64,000 bases of DNA from Eledone cirrhosa (Eukaryota): NCBI GenBank assembly GCA_964016885.1, contig OZ024748.1:12028001-12092000 (forward strand). The letters run 5' to 3'. A program made the translations under genes and the position numbers. Each line of letters starts with the position of its first letter. The stretch's first letter is position 1. The notes under the pieces are model-generated. The model was not told the DNA's origin. It worked only from the letters and a program-made list of their open reading frames with translations, and ran no database searches. This document shows positions 1 to 14,440 of the stretch, in pieces.

Positions 1-207
1 GTGGTTGAGGTGTTGTATGAAATATTCTTAGACAGTGGATGAAACATTGATGTGGTGGTGTGGGAGGGGAGGGATATCTCCAACATGATGGTGTCAGTCA
101 CGTGATTAGCTATCTCCAATAGGTGAGAGGTGAAGGAATATTTACTGCAAGGGTAATCAACGTTAAACAAAAGCTACAAATTAGCTAAGTCATTAGAGCA
201 TCGAAAT

Positions 208-750
208 AGAATGACTTAAAGTATTTGATCTGAGCTCAAATCCTATTTAGGTCAACTTTGAGAATACCTTATAGTAATTGATCTGAGCTCAAATCCTGCA
301 TAGGTCAACTTTGAGAATACCTTATAGTAATTGATCTGAGCTCAAATCCTGTGTAGGTCAACTTTGAGAATGACGTACAGTATTTGATCTGAGCTCAAAT
401 CCTGTGTAGGTCAACTTTGAGAATGACTTACAGTATTTGATCTGAGCTCAATCCTGCCTAGGTCAACTTTGAGAATGACGTACAGTATTTGATCTGAGCT
501 CTAATCCTATGTAGGTCAACTTTGAGAATGACTTACAGTATTTGATCTGAGCTCAATCCTGCCTAGGTCAACTTTGAGAATGACGTACAGTATTTGATCT
601 GAGCTCAAATCCTGTGTAGGTCAACTTTGAGAATGACTTACAGTATTTGATCTGAGCTCAATCCTGCCTAGGTCAACTTTGAGAATGACGTACAATATTT
701 GATCTGAGCTTAAATCCTATGTAGGTCAACTTTGAGAATGACTTATAGTA
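208..750 (+). repeat. 52-53 bp minisatellite, ~10 units, SINE-head derived
   Basis: GATCTGAGCT recurs at 227, 280, 333, 386, 439, 491, 544, 596, 649 and 701. Confidence 0.9.
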
Positions 751-1096
751 TTTTTTCGGAGGACAAATGCTGTTTATGTCAACTTTGCCTTTCATGATTT
801 CTATATAAAAATATAATATCAGCAGAAAATATGCACAGTTACATAACAATAACAAACAAAGGCATCCTTACCTCGTCAGCCACCTTGCTGGCAGTGTAGT
901 TTCGCACATTAATGTGGCACTGCACTTCTACACACACACACACACACACACAGACACACACACACACATATATATAGGTATGTATGACGGCCTGCTATAC
1001 TTTCTGTTTACCAAATTGCACATCGGTTATTCTTTTACTCTTTTACCTCTGCGATGCTGCTATTATGGGGAATATTATTATTGTTATTGCCGTAAA

Positions 1097-1390
1097 GGCG
1101 GTGGGTTGGCAGTATCGGTAGAGCATCGGACACCATGGTTTGCAGTATAGAGTTCAGTAACGTACTAGGGTCGATTCAATCGACATTTCCCTTTCCCCCA
1201 AAACTGTTGGCCTTGAGCCTAAATCAGAAACCATGGCAGTATCGGAAGAGGGCCGGACGCCCCTTTACGATCTGATTTCAAATCCCGCCGAGTTTAGCTT
1301 TGCCTTTCATCCTTACACGGTCGATAAAATAAAGTACCAGTAATACACTGAGATAATTACTGTTCTTGTGCCCAAAATAGAAACAATTAT
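1097..1390 (+). mobile_element. tRNA-derived SINE family 1 (rearranged copies)
   Basis: A-box-like TGGCAGTATCGG, B-box-like TTCAAATCC, body CTTTGCCTTTCATCCTTAC..GTCGATAAAATAAAGTACCAG repeated across the window. Confidence 0.75.
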
Positions 1391-1703
1391 TACTGCTGCT
1401 GTTGGTGCTGTTGTCAATGATGTGATGTTGCTGTTGTTGTCCCTGATCAAGCAGTTGATTGATCAAAGGCATTCCATCCGTGACTAACCTGTCATTTATC
1501 TAAGCACATGGTATTCAGAAGAACCTATAATGGTTGAGACATTATTTTGAGGGGATTTGGTTGCTATTTCTATCATCTGGTGTTGTTAGTGTTGGTATTA
1601 GTGGTGTTGTTAATGGTGGTGGTGGTAGTGGTGGTAGTGGCGGTAGTGGTTTTAGTAGTGGTGTTAGTGAAAGGTGAGTTATGATACGCATACACATAGA
1701 CAC

Positions 1704-1734
<31 letters not shown>

Positions 1735-1871
1735 CATAAACATATATACATACACTTACGTCCATATATATACAGATACATATATACATACATACACATA
1801 TATAAATACATTTACATCCATACATTTACACATACATGCATGCACATACATACACACACACACACGCACAC

Positions 1872-1988
<117 letters not shown>

Positions 1989-2829
1989 CATATATACATA
2001 CATATATAAATACATAAACATATATACATACACTTACGTCCATATATATACACATACATAGATGCATACATATATAAATACATACGCATGTATACATACT
2101 CTTACATCCATATATATACACATATATGCATACACATACATATATATACATACATACATAATACATATATACATACATATATACATACATATATACATAC
2201 TCATATATACATACACTTACATCCATACATATACACATACAGGCATACACATACATATATATATATACATACATATATACATACATACATACATACATAT
2301 ATACATACATACACATACACCGACGCTGATTGGTTGTGATACTGTTACCCATCATGTGGCTAAGCAAGATAAATAAGGCCCCGAACGTTGATTGTCCCCA
2401 CCCCCGTCCTTCCCTATACCTAACACCCCCCATCTGCCCTTTCCTCCTCACCCCACCACCTTCCCTTTCCCCCACCCCCGTCTCATCTCAATCAGTAGGG
2501 TGAAACATTTAGTCCGTTTCCTTCAAGATCAATGAACCATATCAAACCGTTTCACTGAATCATCGCCAGAGGGCGCCTATAAAACATACTTCTGTTGTTG
2601 AGATATTTCTTATGTTCTTTCTTTCTTTCTTTCTTTCTTCAATTTCTTTCTTTCTTTCACACTTTCTTTCTTTCTTTCTTTCTTTCTTTCCCCCTCATAG
2701 TCCTTCAACCTAACCCCCATCCCACCCCACGGTCTGTCAATCATTAACTAACACACTTATGAAGCCAAACTGTTTCAGCACTAATAACTCCCAGTTATAA
2801 CGTAGTACAAACAGTATTATGTAATAATA

Positions 2830-3118
2830 ATTGTTTCTACTTTTGGCACAAGGCCAGCAATTATCCCAGTGCATAACTGGTACTTTATTTTATCGACCCC
2901 GTTAGGTTTCTGATTTAGGTACAAGGCCAACAATTTTAGAGGGAGAGAGTAAAATCGATTAAATCGATCCCAGTGCGTTACTGGTACTTTATATTATAGA
3001 GCCATAAGGATGAAAGGCAAAGCTGACCTCGGCCGGATTTGAATCCAGAACGTTAGAATGTCGTAACTAAATACCACAAAGCATTTTGGCCGGCACTCTA
3101 CCAATTCTGCCAATCCAC
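2830..3118 (-). mobile_element. SINE family 1
   Basis: Reverse complement of the same head and body. Confidence 0.75.
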
Positions 3119-3165
3119 CAATAATTATAAATATTTATGCTAGAACTCAACGGATATTAAAAGAT

Positions 3166-3311
3166 TTAAGGTAAATATAATTACAATTAAGGTAAATACA
3201 ATTACAATTAAGGTAAATATAATTACAATTAAGGTAAATATAATTACAATTAAGGTAAATATAATTACAATTAAGGTAAATATAATTACAATTAAGGTAA
3301 ATATAATTACA
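3166..3311. repeat. 21-bp tandem repeat, ~7 units
   Basis: AAGGTAAATATAATTACAATT repeated. Confidence 0.9.
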
Positions 3312-3713
3312 TATCTAAAGTAGATGTCTATGTGAAGCAGAAATTGTAAATTACAGGAATACCTCACCCTACGTCGTTAATTGGTTCCAGAACTTAAGTC
3401 GAAACACGATGTATGTCGAATAAATCCCCTTATAAACCGTTAATGTTGTTGTTGTTGTTAGTACTAATGTTAGTGTTGTTATTGTTAGTATTACTGTTAG
3501 TGCTGTTGTTGTTGTTAGTACTACTGTTAGTGTGGTTGTTGTTGTTAGCATTACTGTTAGTGTGGTTGTTGTTGTTGTTGTTAGTACTACTGTTAGTGTG
3601 GTTGTTGTTGTTAGCATTACTGTTAGTGTGGTTGTTGTTGTTGTTAGTACTACTGTTAGTGTGGTCGTTGTTAGTACTAATGTTATTGATGATGTTATTA
3701 TTGTTAGAGAGAG

Positions 3714-3816
<103 letters not shown>

Positions 3817-3990
3817 GAGAGAGAGCGGAGTATGTGATGGAAGTATTTAAAGGTTGTTAGAGAAAGAGAGAATGAAATATATATACAGAGATAGATAGAT
3901 AAATAGATACAAAGAAAGAAAGAGAGAGAGAGAAAGGGGGAGAGAGAGAGACAGAGAAGGAGAGGGAAGGAAAAGAAAGAAAAAGGGCGT

Positions 3991-4081
<91 letters not shown>

Positions 4082-4460
4082 AATGAGAGAAAAAAAGAAA
4101 GAGGGTAATAGAGAAGCTGAAAACGAAAGTGAAAGTATAATTAGAAGTGGGCGTGGTTTACTGTAGTTGGATCTGAAATCTTCTTACAGTTGTCATCTAT
4201 TATTGACTGACCCCAGATAACCTAAACCCGTAACATTCTCTCTCTTCACTACACTTCTTCCATTCCTTCTAGTGTATATGGCAGTCTTTACAATATCGGA
4301 CAGAATGCTTTGCGGTATTTGTTCGTTCCGCCTTTCTGCTCTCTCTCCAAGTTCAAATCCCACCTAGGTCAGCTTTGCTTTTCATCCTGAAGAGGTTGAT
4401 AAGAAAAAGTACCAGTCCAGTGTAGGGGTCTATAACTCTCTCTCTCTCCTTCCCCTAAAA

Positions 4461-4633
4461 CAGGGTTTTTCAAACGTGGAACCTTTTCTGGTTCAGAAAC
4501 TTTTGGGGGAACTCCAGTTTAATACTGTTATATGGTCGTAATATAAATATACTCCTCTACCTTTTTTCACGGAATCCCAGACATTCTTTTGAAGAACTCC
4601 TGGGTTCCACGAAACCCACCTTCGAGACCACTG
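4461..4633. mobile_element. hAT-type MITE inserted in a SINE
   Basis: TIRs CAGGGTTTTTCAAA / TTCGAGACCACTG; near-perfect 8-bp TSD CCCTAAAA / CCCTAAAG. Confidence 0.7.
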
Positions 4634-5112
4634 CCCTAAAGAAATGGCTATGTTGTGACCTGGAGAGGGGATAGACTCTGTCAGGTTTTAATTGCCCAAG
4701 ACACGCCGTCCCTCACTCGCGAAACGTACACATCAAAAAGAAATTAATTAATACAGAATAAACTATAATTTTATATACACACACACAGACACACACAGAA
4801 ACGTATATATATATATCAACAATACCAACAACCCACTCCACCACCCCACCACCAGCACCACCACTACCACCACCACCTACACCACCACAACTACCACCAC
4901 AACAAATATACGTTCTGACTAAGAGAACACCAATATATCAAAAATAGTGATATTTTTATGGCCATCATGTTGGTGTTTAATAATGTGTAACGTTGTGACA
5001 TGTTAACACGTTTAGTAATACACTACTACCACATTAACGACCTATACCACTACCACTACTACCATTACCACCACCACCATTACCACTACCACTACTACTG
5101 TTACCTACACTG

Positions 5113-5162
<50 letters not shown>

Positions 5163-5228
5163 TTAATATAGATGAGATTCTACAGGACTAGAACTGTTTC
5201 ATTCTTTAGAAATCATCAGGAATCTCCT

Positions 5229-5278
5229 GATTCCTGATGATTTCTAAAGAATGAAACAGTTCTAGTCCTGTAGAATCT
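5229..5278 (+). ncRNA. Hammerhead-like fold in the palindromic element 5159-5360
   Basis: GATTC-CTGATGA-TTTCTAAAGAAT-GAAACAG-TTCTAGTC-CTGTA|GAATC. Stems I and III pair; the base of stem II is atypical (T-T). Confidence 0.6.
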
Positions 5279-5360
5279 CATCTATATTAAAACTTTTATA
5301 CTCTGCAATGTATTGAGTACCTTACTTACTGTGGTTACCTCCGATTCAACCCGGAATAAC

Positions 5361-5394
<34 letters not shown>

Positions 5395-6332
5395 TTTAGT
5401 ACAGCATTGACGAAGCTTTAGAATACGGCCAAGCTAACGTATATGCATAATCGGTCTGTAGCTTGAGCACTCGGATGAGGAAAGACTCCAGCCAGAGTAA
5501 TAACATTACGTTCAGACAGCTTAGCAAATCAGATATAGCGGTCGGCAGTCCAGCCGCATCACTAGAGCAACGAAAATACAGGACCCAGGAAAATATGTTA
5601 TACTGACCCGGACATAGCGGTGAGGCTGAGTGCAAATATATAACTTACATCGTATATCAACAATATACATCACATATTGCATCCAACATCAGCGTTAGGT
5701 TTCTGCAAATCCAAGATCGACAAATTCCTATTGCAGGAGTCTGCAATATAATGGCTTTTGACGACAGAACATAGGATTTACTTCTTCAGCAAGTCTTTCG
5801 TTCTTAGCCTGAGCGGGTATGTTGTAGCTTTAAATGTCGCCACAGACACATGGTTTACTCCAAGGGAGGTAACCCCCGCCTAGGCGGTGAATTCTAATTT
5901 GAGATAAAGGAATGAATCCCTTTAGACAAATATATATATATAGAGAGGGTTACCAGTTTAATAAGACCATAATGTTCAGCGAAGTACTCAATACTTGGAA
6001 AAGTAGAGTGTATATATATATATATATAAATTTTAATACAATAACAGAGATAGTTTAAAGCTAATCTCTGACTGGTAACCATCTCACTCAACAAACATTA
6101 GGTTATATTTTAATATAAACCCAATTTAAGTGTTTGGAGTGCTAACAATATGTATTATGTGGAAAAGCCAGTTGTATTATTTTATGAGATATAATTAAAG
6201 TTAAAATATATCTCTCTTTCCAAACAATTGTTTTATTATAAGTTTTCTACAAATTCGGAGAATATTTCCAGTTTATGTAGAAACCTAATATACATTCATG
6301 TAAGAATATATTTAGGTGGATATATATGTATA

Positions 6333-6445
<113 letters not shown>

Positions 6446-6538
6446 AGATAGAACCAGTTTAAGACTAGTTAGACCATTACTAAGCCGAGTACCAGATGCA
6501 GTCTGGAACTGCCTGTCGAAACGGGTTTCGAACCTTTA

Positions 6539-6633
<95 letters not shown>

Positions 6634-8041
6634 ATATATAAATATATGTATATAGACATACATGCACGCACACACACGTATGTGTGTATATATATATGTA
6701 TGTATATATATATATATATACTGCATATATATATATATATATATATATACTGCATATATACATATGTGTGTGCATGTATGTATGTATGTAAGTACTTATT
6801 GGTGTATGTCAGACATATTTATAAATATATAATAGCCTTATATATATTATATCGGTTCACCAACAGTGAAGTGAAAAAGAAAAAAATGAAAAATGAATGT
6901 GAATGTAGTAATAGTAATAGTAGTGGTAGTAGTAGCAGTAGTAGTATTAATAGTAATAGCAGCAGCAGTAGTAGTAGTGGTAGTAGTAGTATTATAACTA
7001 TTATTATTCTAGGAGAGTATCAGGTGTGAGCACATAAAAACGAGATTAAATAAATAAATATGTCATAAAATTAGTAATGACAACAACAACAACAACCAGA
7101 ATCGCTAAGCAATTACAGTCTACAACAACAACAGCTACAACAACAACAGCTACTACAACAACAGCTACAGCTACAACAACAACAATAGCAACAACAACAG
7201 CTACAACAATAGCAACAACAACAGCTACAACAACAGCTACAACAACAACAGCAACAACAATAGCAACAACAACAGCTACAACAACAACAGCAACAACAAT
7301 AGCAACAACAACAGCTACAACAACAGCAACAGCAATAGCTACAACAACAACAGCTACAACAACAACAGCTACAACAACAGCTACAACAACAGCTACAACA
7401 ACAACAGCTACAACAACAACAGCAACAACAATAGCAACAACAACAACAATAATAATAATAAGAAGAAGAACAGCTACAACAGCAACAACAACAATAGCTA
7501 TAAAAATAACAACAACAACAGGTACAACAACAACAACAGCAAAAACCACATCTACAACCACATCTACAACTACAACAGCAACAATAACAACAACAGCAGC
7601 AACAACAACGCCAAGAACAACAACCACAACAACAACAATAAAAGTGTTGTTAAATGATAATAATGGTTTCTTTGTTAAGTAGGCGGCCATTAAGTGGAGA
7701 AAGATATTGTTTGCCATAAATTACACATTTATTACATCAACTTGTCTTTAAGGAATCAACGAGGAAGGACCTCAAAGTGGTTACTCGTCTTGCTAGAAAT
7801 AGCAGTCATATAGCACAGAATTTGATCGACAAGATCCCATACCTCGTTCACTTACCGAGTGTGAATCGGACCAAGGAAACAATGTTTCCATTGGTTATTC
7901 CATTGCTGATAATATCAACTTGTTGTGTGTTGTGTTCTTCAGTAAAATACTTCATTTCACGTTGCTCCAGTTTACTCAGCTGAAAATGAGTACCAGCAAT
8001 GGCAGTCCACCGCAGGGTTAAAACCCCCAGCAATGTAGTAA

Positions 8042-8091
<50 letters not shown>

Positions 8092-8181
8092 TTAATAGCA
8101 ATAGCTGGGGGTTTTAACCCTGCGGTGGACTGGCGTCCTGTCCAGGGAGGAGGCTTGTAATCACAGTCTCTTGACGCTACC

Positions 8182-8597
8182 GTAGTCTAGCTGCCAGATA
8201 TTGTACATCTGGTACTCTACCTGCCAGATATTGTATATCTGGTAGTCTAGTTGCCAGATATTGTATATCTGGTAGTCTAGTTGCCAGATATTGTACATCT
8301 GGTAGTCTAGCTGCCAGATATTGTACATCTGGTACTCAAGCTGCCAGATATTGTACATCTGGTAGTCTAACAGCCAGATATTGTACATCTGGTAGTCTTT
8401 CAGCCAGATATTGTACATCTGGCAGTCTAGCAGCCAGATATTGTACATCTGGTAGTCTAGCAGCCAGATATTGTACATCTGGTAGGCTACCTGCCAGATA
8501 TTGTACACCTGGTTGTCTAGCTCAGATATTGTACATCTGGTTGTCTAGCTCAGATATTGTACATCTGGCAGTCGAGCTGCCAGATATTGTACACCTC
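8182..8597. repeat. 30-bp minisatellite, ~14 units
   Basis: GTAGTCTAGCTGCCAGATATTGTACATCTG with internal dyad CAGAT..ATCTG. Confidence 0.9.
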
Positions 8598-9084
8598 GCA
8601 TAATATCTGATAAGTTACTAATTATTTTCTCATGTAAGATGTAAGATGCATTAAACACTGGTAAATTTAGTTATGTTTTGTAATTTTATATTCAATTAAT
8701 TTGTTTGAGGGTGAATGTTACGAGGAGATCTGCCAAGAAAATCTTTGAGAAGTTCTGACGTTGGCACGAAGGGGGGGAGGGAGTACAAACCAATGGTGGG
8801 TTTCCGTGTCAAAACAAAAGACTTCTTCACAAAGCCTAGTTCCATATATGACGGGTTCTCCGTCGGTCTCAACGATGTGTATTCAGCCGTTCGGTCAAAC
8901 GAACATCCAGATTGTGCGGAACGTACGGAGCGACCGAAACATTCAGAATGTCCGGAGTGTCCGGAGCGGGAATTAACGAGTAAGTAGTTGGGTATTTCAA
9001 AGACACGTGTATCCTTAATAAAATTCCCATGTCGATTTACCGTGATACATAATGTGACATGGCTGGACCTCTAGAATTATAGGC

Positions 9085-9594
9085 CCATCAAACAGGTCCA
9101 TGACACAATGTCCATCAAACAGATCCATCAAACAGGTGCATCATACAGTGTCCTTCATACAGTGTCCATCAAACAGGTCCATCATACAGTGTCCTTCATA
9201 CAGTGTCCATCAAACAGGTCCATCATACAGGTCCATCATACAGGTCCATCATACAGGTCCATCATACAGTGTCCTTCATACAGGTCCATCAAACAGGTCC
9301 ATCATACAGTGTCCTTCATACAGTGTCCATCATACAGATCCATCAAACAGGTCCATCATACAGGTTCATCATACAGTGTCCTTCATACAGGTCCATCATA
9401 CAGTGTCCTTCATACAGGTCCATCATACAGGTCCATCATACAGGTCCATCATACAGTGTCCTTCATACAGTGTCCATCAAACAGGTCCATCATACAGGTC
9501 CATCAAACAGGTCCATCAAACAGGTCCATCAAACAGGTCCATCATACAGGTCCATCAAACAGGTCCATCAAACAGGTCCACCATACAGGTCCAT
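9085..9594. repeat. 14/15-bp variant minisatellite
   Basis: Mixed CAGGTCCATCATA / CAGTGTCCTTCATA / CAGGTCCATCAAA units. Confidence 0.9.
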
Positions 9595-9732
9595 ATATAT
9601 ATATATCAACGTTTAATATTACTAATTTATATAAGTGATGAAATTATTTATAATTTTTAGTGTGTAATTTAATCAATATACATACATGCATATATGTGTA
9701 TATGTAATATACATGTAATATAAAAATATATT

Positions 9733-9836
<104 letters not shown>

Positions 9837-9842
9837 TTCTTT

Positions 9843-9894
<52 letters not shown>

Positions 9895-10096
9895 TATATA
9901 TGTATATGTGTGTGTAATATGTTGTACAAATTAATGAAGAAATAGAGTTTGACATATAAATATATTAAAATAAATATATTAAATACCACTTCATGGTAAA
10001 ATTCTGGCTACGATATATATATATATATATGTATATATATGTATGTATATGTATATAATATATATATATTATATATATATATATATATATAATATA

Positions 10097-10246
<150 letters not shown>

Positions 10247-10288
10247 GTTAATAAATGAAAGAAACAGCTATGTCTAAGGTAAATTTTA

Positions 10289-10380
<92 letters not shown>

Positions 10381-10594
10381 CAAATAACGAAACGAAATTA
10401 AATTTCGTTTCGTTTGTAACTCACTTTTGTATGACTGACGCTTAAACAATTAAGTTAAAAAAATGTACATCCACATATGTATACTGAAATACTAGTATGC
10501 ATATGATTACACACACGTATACATATGTAGATGTACCGAGTTTTTCACTGGTCACTTTACTGTGAGTGTCCAGCTATTCTGTATGTAAACACAT

Positions 10595-10798
10595 ATAGGA
10601 ACGAGTAGGACCCCGACGGCTGAGCTCAAGCCGTTTCGACGGCTAATTCTGGACTAATTCGAGTCCAGAATTAGCCGTCGAAACGGCTTGAACTCAGCCG
10701 TCGGGGTCCTACTCGTTCCTATTACCCACTATACTACCCTAAGTATTGAGTACTTTGGTGCGTTATGGTCCACCTGGTTCCTTACCACATTTCCTTCG

Positions 10799-10801
<3 letters not shown>
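10595..10801. mobile_element. Family A palindromic Penelope-like/retrozyme remnant
   Basis: ~60-bp inverted arms ATAGGAACGAGTAGGACCCCGACGG.../...CCGTCGGGGTCCTACTCGTTCCTAT plus a tail ending TTCCTTCGTTA(TA)n. Contains the 3' half of a hammerhead, GAAACGGCT..AGCCGTC|GGGG. Confidence 0.75.
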
Positions 10802-10843
<42 letters not shown>

Positions 10844-11048
10844 GATATATATATAAGAAATATTTTATTATGGTAAATGTAAAATTAATCAATTAAAATA
10901 TAACATTTTTTCCTTTTTTCAGTGCATTTACACATATTGGCATACACATATACACATATAGACATACACGCATATACACATATAGATATACACACATATA
11001 GACATATACATACAAACACGCACGCACACACACATGAATGTATAATAA

Positions 11049-11129
<81 letters not shown>

Positions 11130-11269
11130 TATGTAAATAAATATACACACACACACATTCTCACATACACACATACACACACATTACACATACATACATA
11201 TATATATACATTCGTACACACACATACACACACACACACACAACCAAATATAGATATATAAATATATAA

Positions 11270-11300
<31 letters not shown>

Positions 11301-11569
11301 GAAATATAGATATATAAGCAATAGAGTGGAAATGCAGAAATCTACTAGTAGTCACGCCCTTTTACAATGACAACATTTATGAATGGACCGCAGAAATACT
11401 GTAGGCGGAGCTTAAAGAAAGATATCTCAACTATTTAACCCCGCCTTCAGCTTCTATATTTACTCTCTGCCCACTCCTACTTTCAACTTCATCTACCTCC
11501 CTTTCTTCACCTCTTACTTAACTTTAATTAATGCATCTCACCTCCCTCCCCACCACCTTGTGTTTCACG

Positions 11570-11657
<88 letters not shown>

Positions 11658-11691
11658 ATCTAACTATCTAACTATATATCTATCTATCTAG

Positions 11692-11751
<60 letters not shown>

Positions 11752-11847
11752 ATATATATATATATATATATGTATGTATATATATAGGTAGATATATATA
11801 TGTATATATATATATAGGTAGATATATATGTATGTATATATACATAC

Positions 11848-11887
<40 letters not shown>

Positions 11888-12242
11888 GATGATGATGATG
11901 ATGATATATATATATATATATATATATATATCCAACTATCTATCTCTCTATCTTTCTTTCTTTCTCCCCCTTCTCTCTAACACTCACATATACTCCATCT
12001 TCTACACACACACACACACACATACACACACACACTATCACTCTCTCTTTAATACCCACACACCTCTGGTAATTTTAAATCAGCCTGAACCTCACAACAT
12101 CCCATTTCAAAACGATATATCTGACCCACTTCACCTTATCCCCCGTCCCTACCCTGGTCATGTGATCCAGTTGGTCTAAAGGACACGGTTTCAATTCCCG
12201 ATTAACATCACTTTATTTAAAAGTTTATTATTATACATCACA

Positions 12243-12690
12243 AGGGTGGTGGATTGGCAGTATTGGCAGAGGGTCGGACGCCATGCTTTGCAGCATAGAG
12301 TTACGGTCCTTTGCCATTCTGAGTTCAAATCCCACCGAGGTTAACTTTGCCTTTCATCCTTACGAGGTCGATAAAATAAACTTACTAGGGTCGAATTAAT
12401 CGACTTTCCCCTCCCCCAAATTACTGGCTTTGTGCCTATACTAGAAATCATTCGATAAAATAAAGTACCAGTAATACACTGAGTAATTGCTGGCCTTGTG
12501 CCAAAAGTAGAAACAATTATTATACATCACAGAGCCCTTTACGTTCTGGGTTCAAATCCCACCGATTTTAGTTTTGCCTTTCATCCTTACAGGGTCGATA
12601 AAATAAAGTACCAGTAATGAACTGGGGTCGATTTAAATGACTTCCTCTCCTCTAAAATTGTTAGCCTTGTGACTAAATCAGAAACCATTA
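12243..12690 (+). mobile_element. SINE family 1 cluster
   Basis: Full head (TGGCAGTATTGG...GAGTTCAAATCCC) plus additional partial copies. Confidence 0.78.
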
Positions 12691-12792
12691 TTGTACACCA
12701 AAGAAATGTATGCACATCACCACATCACTCCACATTTCCATCTACGTGGTTGTTCTACACCCTAGAAATAACAGTTATATCCCCTCCTTTAA

Positions 12793-13034
12793 ACCTTTGC
12801 CATTTACATTACTCTATATATTTTCACGGTAAAAGCTTAACCCCACATAATATCGAATCTATGAGATTTTGATGTTATATATTTTGAGAAAAATACCTTA
12901 ACATCAGTATGAGCTGCCGGTTACAGCTGGTTTGAACAGAAAAGGGGGAGATATTTCTGGCGGGATATGGCTGGTTTGAACAGAAAACGGTGAGAGAATT
13001 CTGGCCGGATGTGGCCGGTTTAAATGCTAAAGGG
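12793..13034. mobile_element. piggyBac-type MITE
   Basis: TTAA on both flanks; TIRs ACCTTTGCCATTTA / TAAATGCTAAAGGG. Confidence 0.65.
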
Positions 13035-13115
13035 TTAAATTACGTCCTACTGGATATTGTTCGAGATGTTTAACTTCCGAGACAAGAAAATAGATGCTCC
13101 TGGCTTTGATTATAT

Positions 13116-13320
13116 TAAGGGCGGCTGAAATGTTCAAAGGCTGACTAAGATACTCTCATGGAATGACCAAATGAGGTTTATTTTTCAACATAGTCTCTGG
13201 AAAAAACAAACAAACAATGCAGTTATTTATACGAAGAGTTGAAATTCATGCATGCAAGATTTCACAGCTCTAGCATAACTCCTTCATAGTCAGCCTATGA
13301 ACTTTTCAGCCCAGTCTCAT
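13116..13320. mobile_element. mariner-type MITE
   Basis: ~25-bp TIRs GGCTGAAATGTTCAAAGGCTGACTA / TAGTCAGCCTATGAACTTTTCAGCC. Confidence 0.7.
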
Positions 13321-13469
13321 AGGTTGGTTACTTGTGATAGTGTTAAATTGTGGTTAAATGACAAAATAATAACAAATCTTATTGAATTCAATGAGCTTTC
13401 AAATAGTTCCTATATGATGTTCGTTAGACTGGAAAGTTCCATAGGATTTTTCATTGAATATACATACAC

Positions 13470-13567
<98 letters not shown>

Positions 13568-13648
13568 CCAATGATGGTTGGAAGATCACTGATGAAGGAC
13601 TAACTTTATTCATATGTAACCCATTAGCAACCACGCAGCACTTTTATT

Positions 13649-13719
<71 letters not shown>

Positions 13720-13773
13720 GTGGGAAAGTAAAAAATCGGAGAATAGACCGTTAAAACATGTTTATTTAAAACA

Positions 13774-13813
13774 GCACCTACGTACGTTTCGCCCAGTTGG
13801 GCTTCTCAAGGGC
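13774..13813 (-). ncRNA. Minimal type I hammerhead ribozyme, U3-A8 variant
   Basis: Minus strand: GCCC-TTGAGAA-GCCCAACTGGGC-GAAAC-GTAC-GTA|GGTGC. Perfect stem II, palindromic stem III ACGTACGT, GUA triplet. Confidence 0.75.
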
Positions 13814-13949
13814 ATAAATAATCACAAGTGTTCCTTATATTGCTCGGAATATAAGTGTTCCTCGGAATACAAGTGTTCCTTATATTGCACCGTGGTGTAT
13901 ATATGTGGTGTATATATATATATATATATACATATATACATATATATAT

Positions 13950-14131
13950 CAGAATGGAGGTGGTAAAAACCGGTTAGACCAATACTCACCAGAGTACTCG
14001 AATACTTGACGCAGTAGAGTGAGTAATATGAAAAATTCGGGGCCCGACGGCTGAGCTCCGGCTGTTTCAACGACTAGATCCGAACGTTGTTGAAACAGTC
14101 GGAGCTCAGCCGTCGGGTCCCGAATTTTTCA
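13950..14131. mobile_element. Family B palindromic element (relative of family A)
   Basis: Arms GAAAAATTCGGGGCCCGACGGCTGAGCTCCG.../...CGGAGCTCAGCCGTCGGGTCCCGAATTTTTC. Confidence 0.7.
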
Positions 14132-14195
14132 TATATATATATATATATATATCAATTATATTAATAATTGGAAACTATATTTATAAATCCATATT

Positions 14196-14257
14196 TATTT
14201 TATTATATATATTTCAAGGGTACCAAAAACTTTGGTACGCTCTCATCAGATAAAATA
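14196..14257 (-). ncRNA. Hammerhead ribozyme (family C relative)
   Basis: Minus strand: TATTTTAT-CTGATGA-GAGCGTACCAAAGTTTTTGGTACCCTT-GAAAT-ATAT-ATA|ATAAAATA. Different stem II sequence, same fold. Confidence 0.7.
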
Positions 14258-14343
14258 CAAAATCTGTTTTATAAATAGTGACATACCCCAGAAACCAGAC
14301 CTTATCGGTTCAGGTTCCGTTTGGATATAGCTTTTAAATATAT

Positions 14344-14440
<97 letters not shown>

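Noticed and set aside
8182-8597. CRISPR-like appearance of 30-bp repeats with a dyad
   Set aside because: Units are directly tandem with no unique spacers; eukaryotic context and no cas genes.
8715-8987. 90-aa ORF of normal composition
   Set aside because: No recognisable domain or splice context; possibly a TE fragment.
12250-12335. tRNA-like A/B boxes as tRNA genes
   Set aside because: No cloverleaf; the boxes continue into the SINE body.
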